A stretch of 64,000 bases of DNA from Paecilomyces variotii (taxonomy: Eukaryota). This document shows positions 24,973 to 37,918 of this stretch, piece by piece (position 1 is the stretch's first letter; every line of letters starts with the position of its first letter). A model generated the notes under the pieces. That model did not search any database. It saw nothing but the letters and a program-made list of their open reading frames with translations, and was not told the DNA's origin. The stretch is from the NCBI GenBank assembly GCA_004022145.1, contig RCNU01000002.1; one strand, written 5' to 3'. A program made the translations under genes and the position numbers.

Positions 24973-26775
24973 ATGCCACCACAGCCTCCGGAGGACGCCG
25001 TCCGTCGGGCATTCTCGTCTGCTCAGGATTCGCAGGATTCATCGGGGCCACCATCGTACATTGAGGTATATCGCGGTTCTTCTGTTCTGACTGCTGATGG
25101 GAATCCCTGAACGAGTGCTGATCGTAATGGTGCATAGCCTTCGACGGAAGACAGTGACGAGGGCAACTACTGGAGTGATGCGCAGAGCGATCTGACCTCG
25201 CTCGCATCCGGGGTCACTAACTACGTCTACGAAAATGGAAGACGGTACCATTCTTACCGCGAGGCATGTTATTCCTCGTAGTCCCCATGTTTGATCCTCT
25301 GTGAAGAGCCTGCTAACGCCTTGTAGGGTAAATATGTGTAAGTCTCAGATACGCCGTGCCCTTGGCAGGTTCAATCCTGACTGGTTCCTGAAGACTACCA
25401 AATGATGAAGAGGAAAAAGATCGTCTAGATTTGGTAAGCTCAACTAGCCAACTGGTAAATTTTCGGAATTCCGCTTTCTGACATTGACCAGGTACACCAT
25501 GTGTATGTACAGTACCTCGTTGGTGTTATTCTTGTGTTTGAAAGGAGTCTCATAATCGCAAATCTGCAGGTTCACCCTCATACTTCGGGGCAGATACCAC
25601 CTGGCCCCACTAGTCAATCCGCAGAATATCCTGGATCTGGGGACCGGGACAGGAATCTGGGCCCTGGATATGGCGGAGTACGTTTACCCCAGCACTGCCT
25701 GGACTGCCAAGCTGGTATCTCTAACCGATACCCAGTCTATACCCTTCTGCAACTGTGATCGGAAATGATCTGAGTCCGATTCAGCCTGCCTTTGTTGCAC
25801 CTAACGCGCAATTCGTCATTGAGGATTTCGAGGAGGATTGGGAGTATCCAGAAAATAAATTTGACATGATCCATGGGCGAACTCTGGCCGGGTAAGTCGA
25901 TCATATGCTCCCCTAGCTGCGGTGACTAATTGAAAGGCAGGTCCGTGAAGGATTGGCCAGAGCTATTCGCCAAGGCCTACAGGCAAGTCTTTCTCTTGAT
26001 CCGCGCATTCTCATAAGATGGTGTCAATCCAGGCTATGTTCTCGGCACTAACGAGAAATAGGCACCTGAGACCCGGTGGGTACTTGGAGATGCAGGAAGG
26101 TCAGTTGGCCCGCACCATAATTCAGACAAAACCTTAGCTCACTGATATCTAGCTCCCATCTGGTGCTGGAGTGATGATGGCAGCTTGGAGCCCGATTCTG
26201 CCCTTGTCCAATTGTGAGTATATCTGCATCATTCTTGTCACCGAGCGTGTGATTGAGTTTCTGCTCACACGTACTGCAGCTTGTCGATTCTCGAACAAGA
26301 GAGCTCCAAAGCCAACCGGTCTCTGAACATTGTAGACAAGTTGAAGCCAGCGATGATCGACGCTGGTTTTCGAGACGTACAGGTCAGAGTCTATAAGGTG
26401 CGCACTTTCTTCGCCGATACGACCCAATGCCAAGCCATAAAACTCACTCTCCACCGCGTCAGTGTCCTTGGGGTCCCTGGCCTAAAGACCCTCATCTGAA
26501 GGAAATCGGCCGCTACCAGTACATCAATGCTATTGAATCCGTCGACTCTTACGGTCTCGCGCTTATGACTCGCGGCGTTGGTTACACAGAAGATCAGGCG
26601 AAGATCTTCTTGGCGATTGTGAAGAACCAGCTCCGAACCAAGTCTCTGCACGCATACAATCTGATGTGAGCTATTCCACGATTATAATACCCCTGAAATT
26701 AGTAACGCGGGCATGCTGACGTGGCGACTTAGATATTTCGTCTACGGCAGGAAGCCGACCGAAGAAGAACTTTGA
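24973..26775 (+). CDS. SAM-dependent methyltransferase (LaeA/TAM-like family), about 13 exons
   Basis: Spliced translation: [32 protein letters not shown]...ILDLGTGTGIWALDMAD...GNDLSPIQP...FDMIHGR...HLRPGGYLEMQE...CPWGPWPKD...YFVYGRKP; includes two 11-nt exons and two GC-AG introns. Confidence 0.88.
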
Positions 26776-28490
26776 ACGGGATTGTCTTGAATGATTATTC
26801 TATCCCATGACTGCATTCTCTCCTTATGAGCTTACTTTGACCTTGCATACCCTATTCTTTTCGGTTTAGCAAATTCGCGAATCGTGCGGCGCACACCCGT
26901 CTGCCCACAAGATATTTCCTCCTAGCAGAGAGCTGCCCGCTCCTCCCGAAGAGAAGAAGCCATCGTGGACCACAAAAAAAGTTCTAGCATCTCTATCCCG
27001 TCGACCTTCGCGTCCAAACCAGGGCGGGCCATTGGCGTCTACACACAGGCATCCGTCCAGGTTATCCTGGTTCGTGTCCATTGCACCGATCTGATCTTGG
27101 AATATGGAGCGGTCAATGAAGGCATGCAAACTGTATCGACAAGAAGGTCACGTAGCTTAAGGCTTGGGTGGAGGGGTATTATAAAAAAACTAGAAGAGGC
27201 CACCTTTTAGAGGGGTCTATCCTTGTAAATAGAATCATTTCCATGTGAATATAGACCCTTCGCATCCCTGCATGTGACTGACTGTAGGTTGCCCGGCTCA
27301 TCTCCTGCCCTGCTCGTATTGCACGGAACTTTCGGAATACCCATAGCCCTGTCAAGTCTACCATGCCTGTATCGCATTGACAGTTTATACGACAGGTTTC
27401 TTTCTTCATGGTTGGACGGAGACTCCTTCGGCTTACTTAAACTGTTGGCTACGGGTGCGTACTTCAACAGAGCATTGACGTCTTTGGTAGTTTAATTTCC
27501 CATACACATTGTGTACCTGTTATTTAAGCGACTTGGACCAGGATAGCTCATGAACGGAAGAAACCTTGTTTACTGGTATAAAATGGCCTCACAACCTTTC
27601 TGGCTAGACCCCGAGAACGGCGTTTTCCTCGTGGCACATATAATTACCAATGCGTGCTAAACATATCATTATCCCCCTTTGGTCGAACGCCCGCGTTGCT
27701 TCGGGGCCAGATCCCTCCTAGAGGCGCAATGACTGTTCCGGAGAAACACTGCTTGTCTGGAGCTAAGTACTCAGAATACGAGGATATGTTAGGTCGTTCA
27801 TGCAATCGCTCATTGAGCGATAAAGGCTGAACTCGAGCCTGTTCAGAAGGAGACGTTCACTAACAAATGCAGTCTCATATCGAATCCAATTCACATGAAA
27901 CATCGGATAAGAATAACAGCAGTATGGTACCTGCATCTGTGCGGTGGAACGCCCTTCTGTAGCCACCGGTGATTTAGCTCCTTGTCTGTTAGGCCCATCG
28001 GGGTTTTCAAAAAATCGCCGCTCCCTGTTCGACATCCTGTCGACCGAGAATCGCCACCATCGGCCAGACAGGCTTCCAGTCAAATGCAGCGACCGTATTT
28101 TAGATGGAACTCTACCGCCAACGAACGAACAAGAACTCCATAGAGCCGGCCGGCGTCTGGTACTCCGATGTACCATGCCTTAGTACGAATCATCGCCGCA
28201 GAGAGACCAATAACCGCCGGTTTTGGTGGGAAATCCCATGATGGGCTGTCGTAAGACTCGATCCAAACCGCACTTGCTAGTACTAGTGAGTGACTACTTA
28301 ACAGTACCATACTAACTAACATCGCCAGCTCGTGCTCTCTTCTCCTAGCGGGGCATACGCGGGGAAGATCATCCGATCTCGCGGTCTACCCCATGGGGTT
28401 CATTAAAAGGAGCTCCCTCGATCGCAAGTAGCATGTCTTTTCGACCAGTCCTGCAGCCGCGCCGTGCCGGCCGGGGCTCTTCATGCCAAA

Positions 28491-29578
28491 ATGTCTGTAT
28501 CTTCAGATAAAGTCTCTCGTCCGACGGACCCAGATGGGTTGGTGGTGGAGGCCTGGGGTCAGGGGATGATGGTGGGTTCGCTGTTGGTAATGGCGGCCAT
28601 CACCATCTCGAATATGAAGAAGCACATATTGCTGCACAAATTGATTCTCGCAGAGGTAAGCTTGGAATGCAGAAGTGTGATGATCGCGAACAAGTCTGAC
28701 TCGGCGCAATTGCACATTTGACAGCTTCTGCTCGCTATCCCAAACGGTTTCTTCATCTTCCCACACGAGCCGACCTACGGCTGGTTCTTGTCGGTCACCG
28801 CGATCGGCCTCAACATCTCATGGAGCTTGCATAACGTGATCTCATGGATGAAAAACCGACCGTTCTTGTCGCGGCGTCTGTCCGCTTTCTATATCACGAC
28901 GGTGCTTCTCGTCCAGCCATACTGGGTGCTCGAGATCTATGCGAACTTCACATATTTCAATAATATCAACAAAATATTCCTCAAGACAAGGCCTCTGGAG
29001 CCTCTGTTTCGGTATGGTTTCTGGCTGCAAATCAAAGGATTATAGCGCTGATTTTACTTGAAAGGGACCCTTGGTGGATCTTCACAACATGGTCTCTCTT
29101 CTACACAATCAAAAGGGAGTATGGCTTCAGCATTTACGAGCTAGTCAAAGTTAGTCCTCGATTCGGTGTCATGCTAGTCTCGATGTGTCTCTCAATCGCC
29201 TTCATCATCCTCGATGAGTGCGTTGTTCTCAATGCATTTCATCTGTCTCTTCCTACCGGAATTGAACCATTCTGGAAGGTGAGAATCTCGGCCCCGATAT
29301 CCCACATCCTGTCGATTCGTTACATGACTGACAGACCCTAGCTCTCATTTATCTTCAAATGTCTCTGTGACAGTGTCATACTAGACGATTTCAAGACCGC
29401 GCTCGACCGGATGCGTAATTATTGGCTGGAGAAACGGGTCGGCATGCAGAACCCGGTGGTCCTGTCGCATCGATCGAGATATGATAGAGGCCATGACCTA
29501 GAAGCATTGCGCCCTCGAACGAAATCAGATAGTATACCCCAAGTAGTCACAGCAGAGGATATTCATCTACGACGATAA
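28491..29578 (+). CDS. Conserved fungal multi-pass integral membrane protein of unknown function
   Basis: Four exons; VEAWGQGMMVGSLLVMAAITISNM, WSLHNVISWMKNRPFL, RPLEPLFRDPWWIFT, GIEPFWK|LSFIFKCLCDSVILDDFKTALDR; many hydrophobic helices. Confidence 0.8.
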
Positions 29579-30196
29579 TGAAAAGAAGAAAAAAATAATA
29601 ATAATGTATTATGATGTGATTTGATGGCCATGTCACCATATCTGCAATAATCTCTTGAGATTCATTATTCTTTCTCCTTCCCGCAAGCCTGCTGCCGTAT
29701 TTATTCCACTTAGTCCTGATAGCTTCGCGCATATACAAGAACTGCGGGTTCAGAGACCGGTCAAGAGACACTTCTACGACTGCAAGGGACAGGTTCGAAT
29801 GAGTTGAATCTAACACTATCTGCACGTATCATGAATCTGGTAACGTCTCATTCATACCAATATCACCCCTTGACCAAGAGGCTAGAACTATCCGGGCGAA
29901 GCACACATGCATGATGTAGCGCCAACGAGATATCCGTCTACCGCACTGCATCGTTACATCGCTTGTACGACTCGGAGAATTACTAGCCCTGGTGATTGGG
30001 GCCCTGGCGCCAGGCCATTTCCTAAATGAGAAGAATCTCTCAGGTCAATTGGCTATCCTCGATCTGCCTTACCAGGCCGAAGAGGCTATATCTCCGGTCC
30101 CTGAGGTCCTTTCCAAAAGGGGCATCTTTTAGCGGGCATGGGAGAGATTGCCTGTTGAGATCTTCTACATGTGTCCGTGTAAGGTGACAGAATTTC

Positions 30197-30260
30197 GTCT
30201 TTCTTTTCTTTTCTTTTCTTTTCTTTTTCTTTTTTTTTTTTTTCTTTTCTTCTTTTCTTT
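30197..30260 (+). repeat. Polypyrimidine (CTTTT)n / poly(T) low-complexity tract
   Basis: About 64 nt of only C and T. Confidence 0.9.
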
Positions 30261-31054
30261 GATTTTGACTGATATTTCAGGCGATCAACAAAGATATGAC
30301 TACGATAAAGTTGTGCAATTTCCGATTTCTCTCCGCGAATACAGACACTGCAGGGATTAGGATCATGCCTATTAACCACTATTAAAGGCACCAAGTTCCT
30401 CAATGGAAAGACGAAACGGCATCGTCCATTCGAAAGGAATATCAGTTATAATTTATTGCAGTGCTCACGGCTGTTAAAATGTGAGTTCTCTATCAGGCTA
30501 CTTTGCTCGAGGCAGTAGTAATACTCCTCAGTATCGCGGGAACCTCTAGGGAATGGATATCACTACAGCTATAGGGGACCTCGATTCTTTCATGAATAGT
30601 GAGATACATATCGCCTTGCTATGTCAAGAAGATAGGAGTGTGCATTTGTATGGCTGGGATTCTTGCTTTGTGTATGCATCAGCGTGTGAGATCGCATAAA
30701 GTGGATGTTTCAAGTTGGTTCTAGATTATCCTCGTGGCATCAAGAAGCGAGAGCACTTTTTTGCCGTTCCATACAGCGTGTAGAGACAGAAGATACGGCT
30801 AAGTATGCCATAACACATGTGAGAGAAAGATCCTACTAAGCCTACACCATGAGGCAAGTGTATTTTCTGTTTACCTCTCTCTTGAAGTCATCCATCATTT
30901 GACCAGTAAACCAATACTGACCATGAATCGCTGACCTAGATGAGATCCGGAATTGGCGCTCTCGTAACTCTGTAGCTGTGCTAGTAAGTCTAACATCCCA
31001 CAAACTGGCCGTCTTCCCCAAGTGATCGTCCTCTTCCCCGCCACGTACGTGAGT

Positions 31055-31060
31055 CCTCGG
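31055..31060. promoter_or_regulatory. CCTCGG (FarA/FarB-type core) upstream of the fatty acid hydroxylase
   Basis: Exact match about 200 bp upstream of ATG 31263, directly followed by E-box CACATG; function inferred only. Confidence 0.35.
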
Positions 31061-31262
31061 CATCACATGTGCTCAGGCCTCATAACGGCAAACGCCTCCG
31101 GGGGTTTCCTTCAAAGATTTTTAGTTAAAGGATACGAGTCTCTACAGGGGCCGGGAGGTCGGATGTGAAAAGTCTTGTTTATATGTTATCTACCTTTATG
31201 GCGTATTTTGGATTTCGACAAAGCACGTCAACAGTGAAGTGATAGTTAACCCTACTGTTACA

Positions 31263-32321
31263 ATGGCTACGGCTCCAGCTACGCGAAACCCCAAAGATTC
31301 CATGAAGTCCACATGGTACACGAGCCCTAATCGCTCGTCATGGACTATACACCACTGGTTCTACGAACTGTTGGATCTGTATCCCCTCGACCCCAACAAG
31401 CCGGTTCCCATCCACAAAAAGACAGACAAGGTGCCTTATGCGTCTGCATGGCCGCAGCACAGATGGATTCTGCTCCATGTTGGCATTCCTATGCTGCTTC
31501 ACCAACTCTACATCTACTACACGGGCAACAATCTGAATTCCATTGCCGCCTTCATCTACTACAGCGTGTGCTTCAAGTTGATTGGAATCCATGAGATTCA
31601 AGTGCTGCGCAAGATGGGTCACATCTGGGGATTCTTCGATGGCGACCAGCACCCCCGAGATGGAGTCCCTGATGTGGGCGTCACCAAGGTCGTCCGGTCT
31701 CTCGTGTCGACATCTACCTTGAGATCGATGATGGCCGTCCTGCTCATCTACGACAAGAACTTCGCCCCATCCTCGATCAACTGGAAGTGGCTTCTCCTTG
31801 AGATCGGCCTCTATGGTATCATCCTCGACTTCTGGTTCTACTGGTATCACCGTCTCATGCACGACATCCCATGGCTCTGGAAATACCACCGCACGCACCA
31901 CCTCACCAAGCACCCGAACCCTCTGCTCACCCTCTACGCCGACTTTGAGCAAGAGGTGTTCGACATCGTCGGCATTCCGCTCATGACCTTCTTTACCATG
32001 AAGGCTATGGGTTTTCCAATAGGTTTCTATGAGTGGTGGGTCTGCAACATGTACGTGGTGTGGTCCGAACTGGCCGGTCATAGCGGTCTCAGGCTCGTCG
32101 CCCAGCCTCCTTCCACCCTGAGCTGGCTCTTGAAATACTTCGATTGCGAACTCCTCATCGAGGACCATGATCTTCACCACCGCAAGGGCTGGAGGAAGAG
32201 CCACAACTACGGCAAGCAGACTCGTCTCTGGGACCGCATCTTCGGCACCTGCTACCCACGCATTGAGGGCACGGAGGATAACATTGACTATACTGCCGAT
32301 GTCAGAGTCCCTCTGTGGTAA
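31263..32321 (+). CDS. Fatty acid hydroxylase / sterol desaturase superfamily di-iron membrane enzyme
   Basis: Intronless; His boxes FYWYHRLMH, KYHRTHH, GHSG, DHDLHH, NYGKQTRLWDRIFGT. Confidence 0.93.
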   Translation: MATAPATRNPKDSMKSTWYTSPNRSSWTIHHWFYELLDLYPLDPNKPVPIHKKTDKVPYASAWPQHRWILLHVGIPMLLHQLYIYYTGNNLNSIAAFIYYSVCFKLIGIHEIQVLRKMGHIWGFFDGDQHPRDGVPDVGVTKVVRSLVSTSTLRSMMAVLLIYDKNFAPSSINWKWLLLEIGLYGIILDFWFYWYHRLMHDIPWLWKYHRTHHLTKHPNPLLTLYADFEQEVFDIVGIPLMTFFTMKAMGFPIGFYEWWVCNMYVVWSELAGHSGLRLVAQPPSTLSWLLKYFDCELLIEDHDLHHRKGWRKSHNYGKQTRLWDRIFGTCYPRIEGTEDNIDYTADVRVPLW

Positions 32322-32968
32322 AATTATCTCATGAAACTTTCTTTTGTTTATCTTGTGGTTCAAACAGAAATGACAATAGCGAAGGTTGTGGAGTTTGGAA
32401 TCCACGACCATGCTTTGCATGTATATATAATGGTGATGTAGCCTCGACATGTTTCTGTTTATTTATGATACGGTGTGATTTCTTTTGATATATTCACGAC
32501 ATACACAATAAGTACGAACTACAAAATCTCTTCGCTGCCTGGGGTGGCAATCCCGTAGTTGGTTCCCTGGAACAGGAGCACTTTCGAGACTTCGCGAAAG
32601 AGCCAATGGCAAGTTCACTGGCTGAAGAGCAATCATAACTGCCTTTTTCAAAAGCACGAAGAGGCGTTCATGTGTGTCTTATCAATAAGGCCTTCAGATT
32701 AGATTTATCTAGTATAGAATGCACATGCAAAGGGGAAAGCCTCGTTCAGATGGTGATAGATATTTGCTGCCAAATACCAATACCGAGAGAGATTCAATCT
32801 TCTCTTGTCAACTAATTGTCGAGGGTATCCAGTTGGGGGGCTATGCATAGAGAAAACGTAAATACATGAGCGTATATCGACGCAGCCAGAAACCGAATCA
32901 TAGATAGCAAAATTCGCCAAAGTGCCTAGCCTAACCTTCCTGTCCTTCCATTATCCCGAATCCCATCA

Positions 32969-34483
32969 CTACAATGCCTTCTGCAACTTCACTGAGGAGC
33001 CGCTCAGGAATTCCAAGGAGTTATCGATCTTCCCATACTTTGCAAACATTAGATCGCTGATGTAGTTGTCGCGGGCCAGCCAGGGCGCCTTGTCGGCCGC
33101 CTTGGGCAGCTTCTGCGGGGCAGAGGTGAGATATGTCGATTTCAGATTCAACAGAGGCCGGTCCTCCAATTTTTCGCCTGGCTGCACCTTGGGTACGACC
33201 GCAGATGCACCCTTGCTCTCCATAAGTTTGAGCAGGCGGCAGATGAACAACGCCGTAGCATCAGCACCCAGCGTCCATGATGCGTTTGTATATCCGATAA
33301 CGAATGACGCATTGGGAATATCCTGGACCATCACACCGTTCCAGAGATACTTGCTGGGCGCGTCTATCTCCTTTCCATCAACAGAGACCTTGGCACCACC
33401 GGCGAACAACAGCTGCAGACCCGTAGCAGTAACAATGATGTCGGCATCCACACTGTCACCGGAATTGAGTTCAATTCGATTCTTTGTCATGGTTTTGATG
33501 GTGTCGGTCTTGACGTCGGCCCGCCCCGAGCGCAGACTCTTGAAGAAATCGCCATCTGGACAGATGCAGACGCGCTGGTCCCAAGGATTGTATCGTGGCT
33601 GAAAGTGGGGATCTAAAGGAATATGCTTAGGAAGCTCTCGGCGAATTCTCTGGCGGAAGATCCATCGAGATAGACGAGGGAAGCCTTGACAGAAGAGGTA
33701 GAAGAGGCGGGTGGTGATGATCCAAGAAATGCGCTGCAACTTGCGCGAGATCACAGTGGGCAGGATGTATGCGAGCCACGACTTTGAGATGTTCGGAACT
33801 GACAAGATGTATGTTGGACTGCGCTGCAGCATCGTTACCCGTTCAGCCTTTTCCGCTATGTTGGGAAGCAGAGTGATCGCAGTCGCCCCGCTGCCAATAA
33901 TGACGACCTTTTTGCCGCTGTAATCAAGGCCCTCTGGCCAGAACTGCGGATGGATGACCTGGCCCTTGAAGTTCTCGATACCGGGGATCTTAGCTTCTAG
34001 AGGTTGATGGTAATTGTAGTAACCCGTGCTGAAAATCACAAAGCGAGCTGTGTATGAAATATTCGCGCCCTCGTGTTCCACGTCGAGCGACCAGGTCCTG
34101 CTCTCCGTCAACCAGTTTGCGGTCTTAAGCCGTCGACCATACTGGATATGCTCGTCGATTCCATACTTGGTCGCGGTGTCCTTGAGGTATTTGGCGATCG
34201 ACCCGCCCTCTGCGATAGGTTTATTTTGGTCCCAAGGGTTGAAAGAGAATCCGAAGGTGAAGAGGTCGGAGTCGGAACGGATGCCAGGATACTTGAAGAG
34301 ATCCCATGTCCCGCCGATGTTATCGCGCGCCTCGAGGAGGGCGTAGCTGTAGTTCGGAAGCTCGCTCTGAAGGCGATACGCAGCGTTGATTCCGGAGACG
34401 CCTGCGCCAATAATGATAACATCGAAACTGGTGCCGACACTAGCGGCAGCGTGGCCGTTTGGTGTAGTCTTCTCGACAGCCAT
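32969..34483 (-). CDS. Baeyer-Villiger monooxygenase, EthA-like FAD-dependent
   Basis: Intronless 504 aa; IIGAGVSG, GGTWDLFKYPGIRSDSD, fingerprint FKGQVIHPQFW, IGSGATA, QRSPTY, ATG. Confidence 0.93.
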   Translation of the reverse strand: MAVEKTTPNGHAAASVGTSFDVIIIGAGVSGINAAYRLQSELPNYSYALLEARDNIGGTWDLFKYPGIRSDSDLFTFGFSFNPWDQNKPIAEGGSIAKYLKDTATKYGIDEHIQYGRRLKTANWLTESRTWSLDVEHEGANISYTARFVIFSTGYYNYHQPLEAKIPGIENFKGQVIHPQFWPEGLDYSGKKVVIIGSGATAITLLPNIAEKAERVTMLQRSPTYILSVPNISKSWLAYILPTVISRKLQRISWIITTRLFYLFCQGFPRLSRWIFRQRIRRELPKHIPLDPHFQPRYNPWDQRVCICPDGDFFKSLRSGRADVKTDTIKTMTKNRIELNSGDSVDADIIVTATGLQLLFAGGAKVSVDGKEIDAPSKYLWNGVMVQDIPNASFVIGYTNASWTLGADATALFICRLLKLMESKGASAVVPKVQPGEKLEDRPLLNLKSTYLTSAPQKLPKAADKAPWLARDNYISDLMFAKYGKIDNSLEFLSGSSVKLQKAL

Positions 34484-34611
34484 CTTGCCTTTTTCGACGA
34501 TCTGGTGATCAAGGCATTGGACTTCGTGCCGTTGTCCTGGAGTTCGCGTGCGAACGCATGGACGCGATCTGGCGCAGATATAATCAAGTTACTTGTAGCT
34601 TTCCCAAGGAA

Positions 34612-34695
34612 CCGAGGGGGAGACCCACGAATCACGTGTGGCAGCGATCGATAAAGATGGGAATGATTCTGCAGTGAATATCACGTTCTCCTCGG
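34612..34695. promoter_or_regulatory. Two CCGAGG/CCTCGG elements flanking an ATCACGTG E-box upstream of the BVMO
   Basis: CCGAGG 34612-34617, ATCACGTG 34631-34638, CCTCGG 34690-34695; 130-210 bp from ATG 34483. Confidence 0.4.
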
Positions 34696-35562
34696 CCCTG
34701 CTAAGTATGATAGCCGGGCAGGCAGAAAGATTAATTGCATAACGCGCATCAGACGGTGCTCGACATCTGCTTCCCCGATGCTCCTCGTCCCCCACAGCTT
34801 GCGCCAGTCCATTGCCGCGGCTTTTTCACAAGCGGGGGAGCACGAAGGGCCCGTTAAGTATGGACGCATACTTAGAGTAGACCGCAGATTCTCTGCTGCT
34901 GAGTCCCAACAATGATGGCAGCATCACCTCGAAAGGACTCCCGAGCACCAATCTTCATGTGAAGAGCGCGGCGCCACAGGGAGGTACTATTTATCTAGAC
35001 TGGACTTTGCGAGCCGTCTCCCTCGGCTTGCTGGGGGAGTCTTTGGGCCGGTCGGAGAGATCGCCCACTAGCAGCCAGTCCGTTTGCATTTGTAGCATCA
35101 CCTCTAGATTTGAGCACTGTCTCCAGCTTGTGGGGTAAAAAGAGTCGCGTCATTGATGAGGGCGACATGAGGATGACGATGGAGGAGAATTGAGAGTGAG
35201 AATAACTAAGAGTGAGAGTTGAAGTTGAAGTTGAAATTGAGGGAAGAGCAGTCATGTGCCGCGATCGGGGCAGCATCTGCATAGCGCCCTCAGCCCTGTC
35301 AGATTGGGTTAATATACAGATCTATATTCGTATATTACTCTTGGCTGGCTCAAATCTGCCTACAGCCATAGGGTGATTTCTATGTACTGCGCCAAAAGGG
35401 AGATTTAAGTAGCTACAGAGCTCCTTTGGGGAGAGTACAACATCCAATTGCATCCAAGATTTCACCAAAAGATTTTATCAAAAGATTTCCTAAATATTAT
35501 CCCATTTTCCTACTCCATAAATTGCAGACACATCATCGCGATTACCGTCATCATTCGTTGAT

Positions 35563-36718
35563 TTATTTAGCTGGCGAAACCTCGACTGTCTTCTGCCACT
35601 CCCGCAAATCCAGGAACGCAGCAGAACCCTGCCCACGGATGATATCCTGAAGCCAAGCTGGGAATGCGCGTAACCGGCTGGCACTCGATGCATGGCTAGG
35701 AAGAATGACTTGTCCGCCGGTCTGGTTGATGATCTGCTTGACAATCGCAGTCGAGACGACTTCGGGGTCCATAATGGGCTGCTTGAACTGCTTGCCAGCC
35801 TCTTCCAACATGGCAATCATGGGCGTGCGAACCCACAGAGGGTGGATGACGCTATGTCCGCCGTCAGTCGTGGTTTTCCAATACTTTTGAAGGTCCCCGA
35901 ATTGTCTGGTCACTCACCTTGTCCGCACCCGCTTCGCATTATAGTAGTAACGCAGCTCCTGTGCCAATCCCTCATGGAAAGCCAGGGCACCAGCCTTGGT
36001 GGCACAGTAGTCCAGCATCTCAGCCAGGCCAAGGAAACTGGCCATACTGGCGACTGTGATGACATGACCGTGGTCCTCCCGGATCATCGCGGGCAGAAAT
36101 TCACGGGTCATCCAGAAGTGCGAAATGATATTGACCTCGAAGGTCTGGCGAATCTTGTGCTCGGGCTCTTCGAGAAGAGTGCCATCGTTGCCCACGCCAG
36201 CGTTGTTGATGAGTACCGTAGGGTCACCATGCTTAGCCCGGATCTCCTCAGCAGCTTTCTTGATGCTCCCCGGGGACGTCACGTCCATCTGGTAGAAGAA
36301 GACATTGGAGGCTATGCGTATGCGGCTGCTATGTCAGTTCTCTGAGCTACCTCCTCGGGGATTTTTCTCTTGACTTACGTAGCGTGAATGTCGGCTCCGC
36401 GAGATCAGCAATGACGACCCTGATGCCTCTCTTAGCCAGATCCAGCACGACCTCCTTTCCAATACCGCTGGATCCTCCCGAAATCAGAACCAGCTCGCGA
36501 TGCGCCCGGAAGGGCTTCGCTCTCCGCCAGTTGTTTGTGGACCAGTAATTCAAAGTGCGATTGATGTGACGCAGCACACCGATAGCCAGGACAACCAGCA
36601 GTGTCTTTTTGACCAGCGGCAGCTCCAGTATCGCCTGCGCCTGCTCAGGCATATATGACAGTGCCAGCCGGTAAAACTGGCGCACGAGTCCGCCAGCAGA
36701 TTCAAGTGATGAGGACAT
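35563..36718 (-). CDS. Short-chain dehydrogenase/reductase (retinol / 17-beta-HSD-like, N-terminal membrane anchor)
   Basis: Three exons; ISGGSSGIG, LINNAGV, VASMAS, catalytic YCATK. Confidence 0.92.
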
Positions 36719-37918
36719 AGTGACGGCGTTTATATGTACAAAGTAATCGGCACTGTTCACATAACCAGAAAGAGAAAGAATAAAAACCGGAGGGACGCTC
36801 TCGAGATAAATCAATCATTACACATGTGAGATGTTGCGCATCATCAAGTTGCTCATGTTGTCCAACTGAAATGCTGTCTAGGCCTAGGTTAACCTCATTG
36901 CTCGCCATGTGTGAACCGTTCGTCGGCTTCTCTCGCTAGTCGTCGGTAACCCCTCACTCTTCCGCCCATCACCGAGGCACCTTTTCTTTTTTTGCTGCTG
37001 CCTCTGACTTGAAGCGATCAAGTAAGCTCATATACTGTAATGAACTCGTGTGTCGTGACGAGTGCTTCCAGCAATATTTAATCAGTCCGACAAGCTGGCC
37101 AGGTGGAACATCACGAATGCACCGTCCCGCCCAACCTGACACAAACGTCTGTTTGAAGAAAATCAAATCAGCTTTCGTCTATATAGAATGTCCATAGTCG
37201 AAGATCAGGAAATTTTCCTGGAAGCTTAGCTGGAATTCGAGGATGCTGGCACCCAACTCGAATCGTTGGCTGCACTGGAATTCCTAACTCTGTACGCCCC
37301 TAAGTGGACCATCCTAGGGGCGCAGATTAGTTAAAGACTTCTATGGCCAGCCCCTCAAGTACGACCCTGTGTTCGAAGAAGGCAAAGCCATGGAACGTGA
37401 TCATCGATTAAACGGTGGCTCCCTGTTGAGTATCAGACCGGTATCCATCGAACGCACCAGGTCTAGCGCTTCGAGTTCCCCGAACTCTAAGCAAACGATT
37501 CCCTTGATGAGCCGTTCCACGAAGATATGCACCGTCAGATCGTACTATCTCAAACCATTCACGGCTTCCATGCTCCTGTCATCGACGGCTCTACCGCTTT
37601 TCCGGCGAAGTGTGGCTCATTATTACCCTTTTTTTAAGTGGGAACCTCTGTTCCAAGGAAATGGCTATGGAGTCGTTATCAACCCCAGGAACGTCGATAA
37701 TGGGTGGAAAGTTTGTATAAAGATTTTCACTCATTGTGTATATTGGCATGTCATGTCATATCTCAGGTATCGTAGCTGCTAAAGGCCTTCCAAGGGCCGC
37801 ATAAAAGGTATCGTGCTGAATATCCCCTTCCCAAGAGAGAGAAGTAACCGAAGCAACACCAAAACCGCATAAAAATTACTAATATGTAGAAAGAAACCAG
37901 ACGGTTCGTAGGTCTTGA

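Noticed and set aside
30086..30403. Lys-rich and Phe-rich ORFs
   Set aside because: Translations of the polypyrimidine tract
31338..32450. 370-aa antisense ORF over the fatty acid hydroxylase
   Set aside because: Explained by C-ending codons removing antisense stops; no recognisable domain
35692..36345. 217-aa antisense ORF over the SDR
   Set aside because: Long antisense frames are common in SDR genes; no independent evidence
37200..37782. 137-aa ORF between the SDR and DUF3712 genes
   Set aside because: No recognisable motif or convincing splice structure; a decayed gene cannot be excluded
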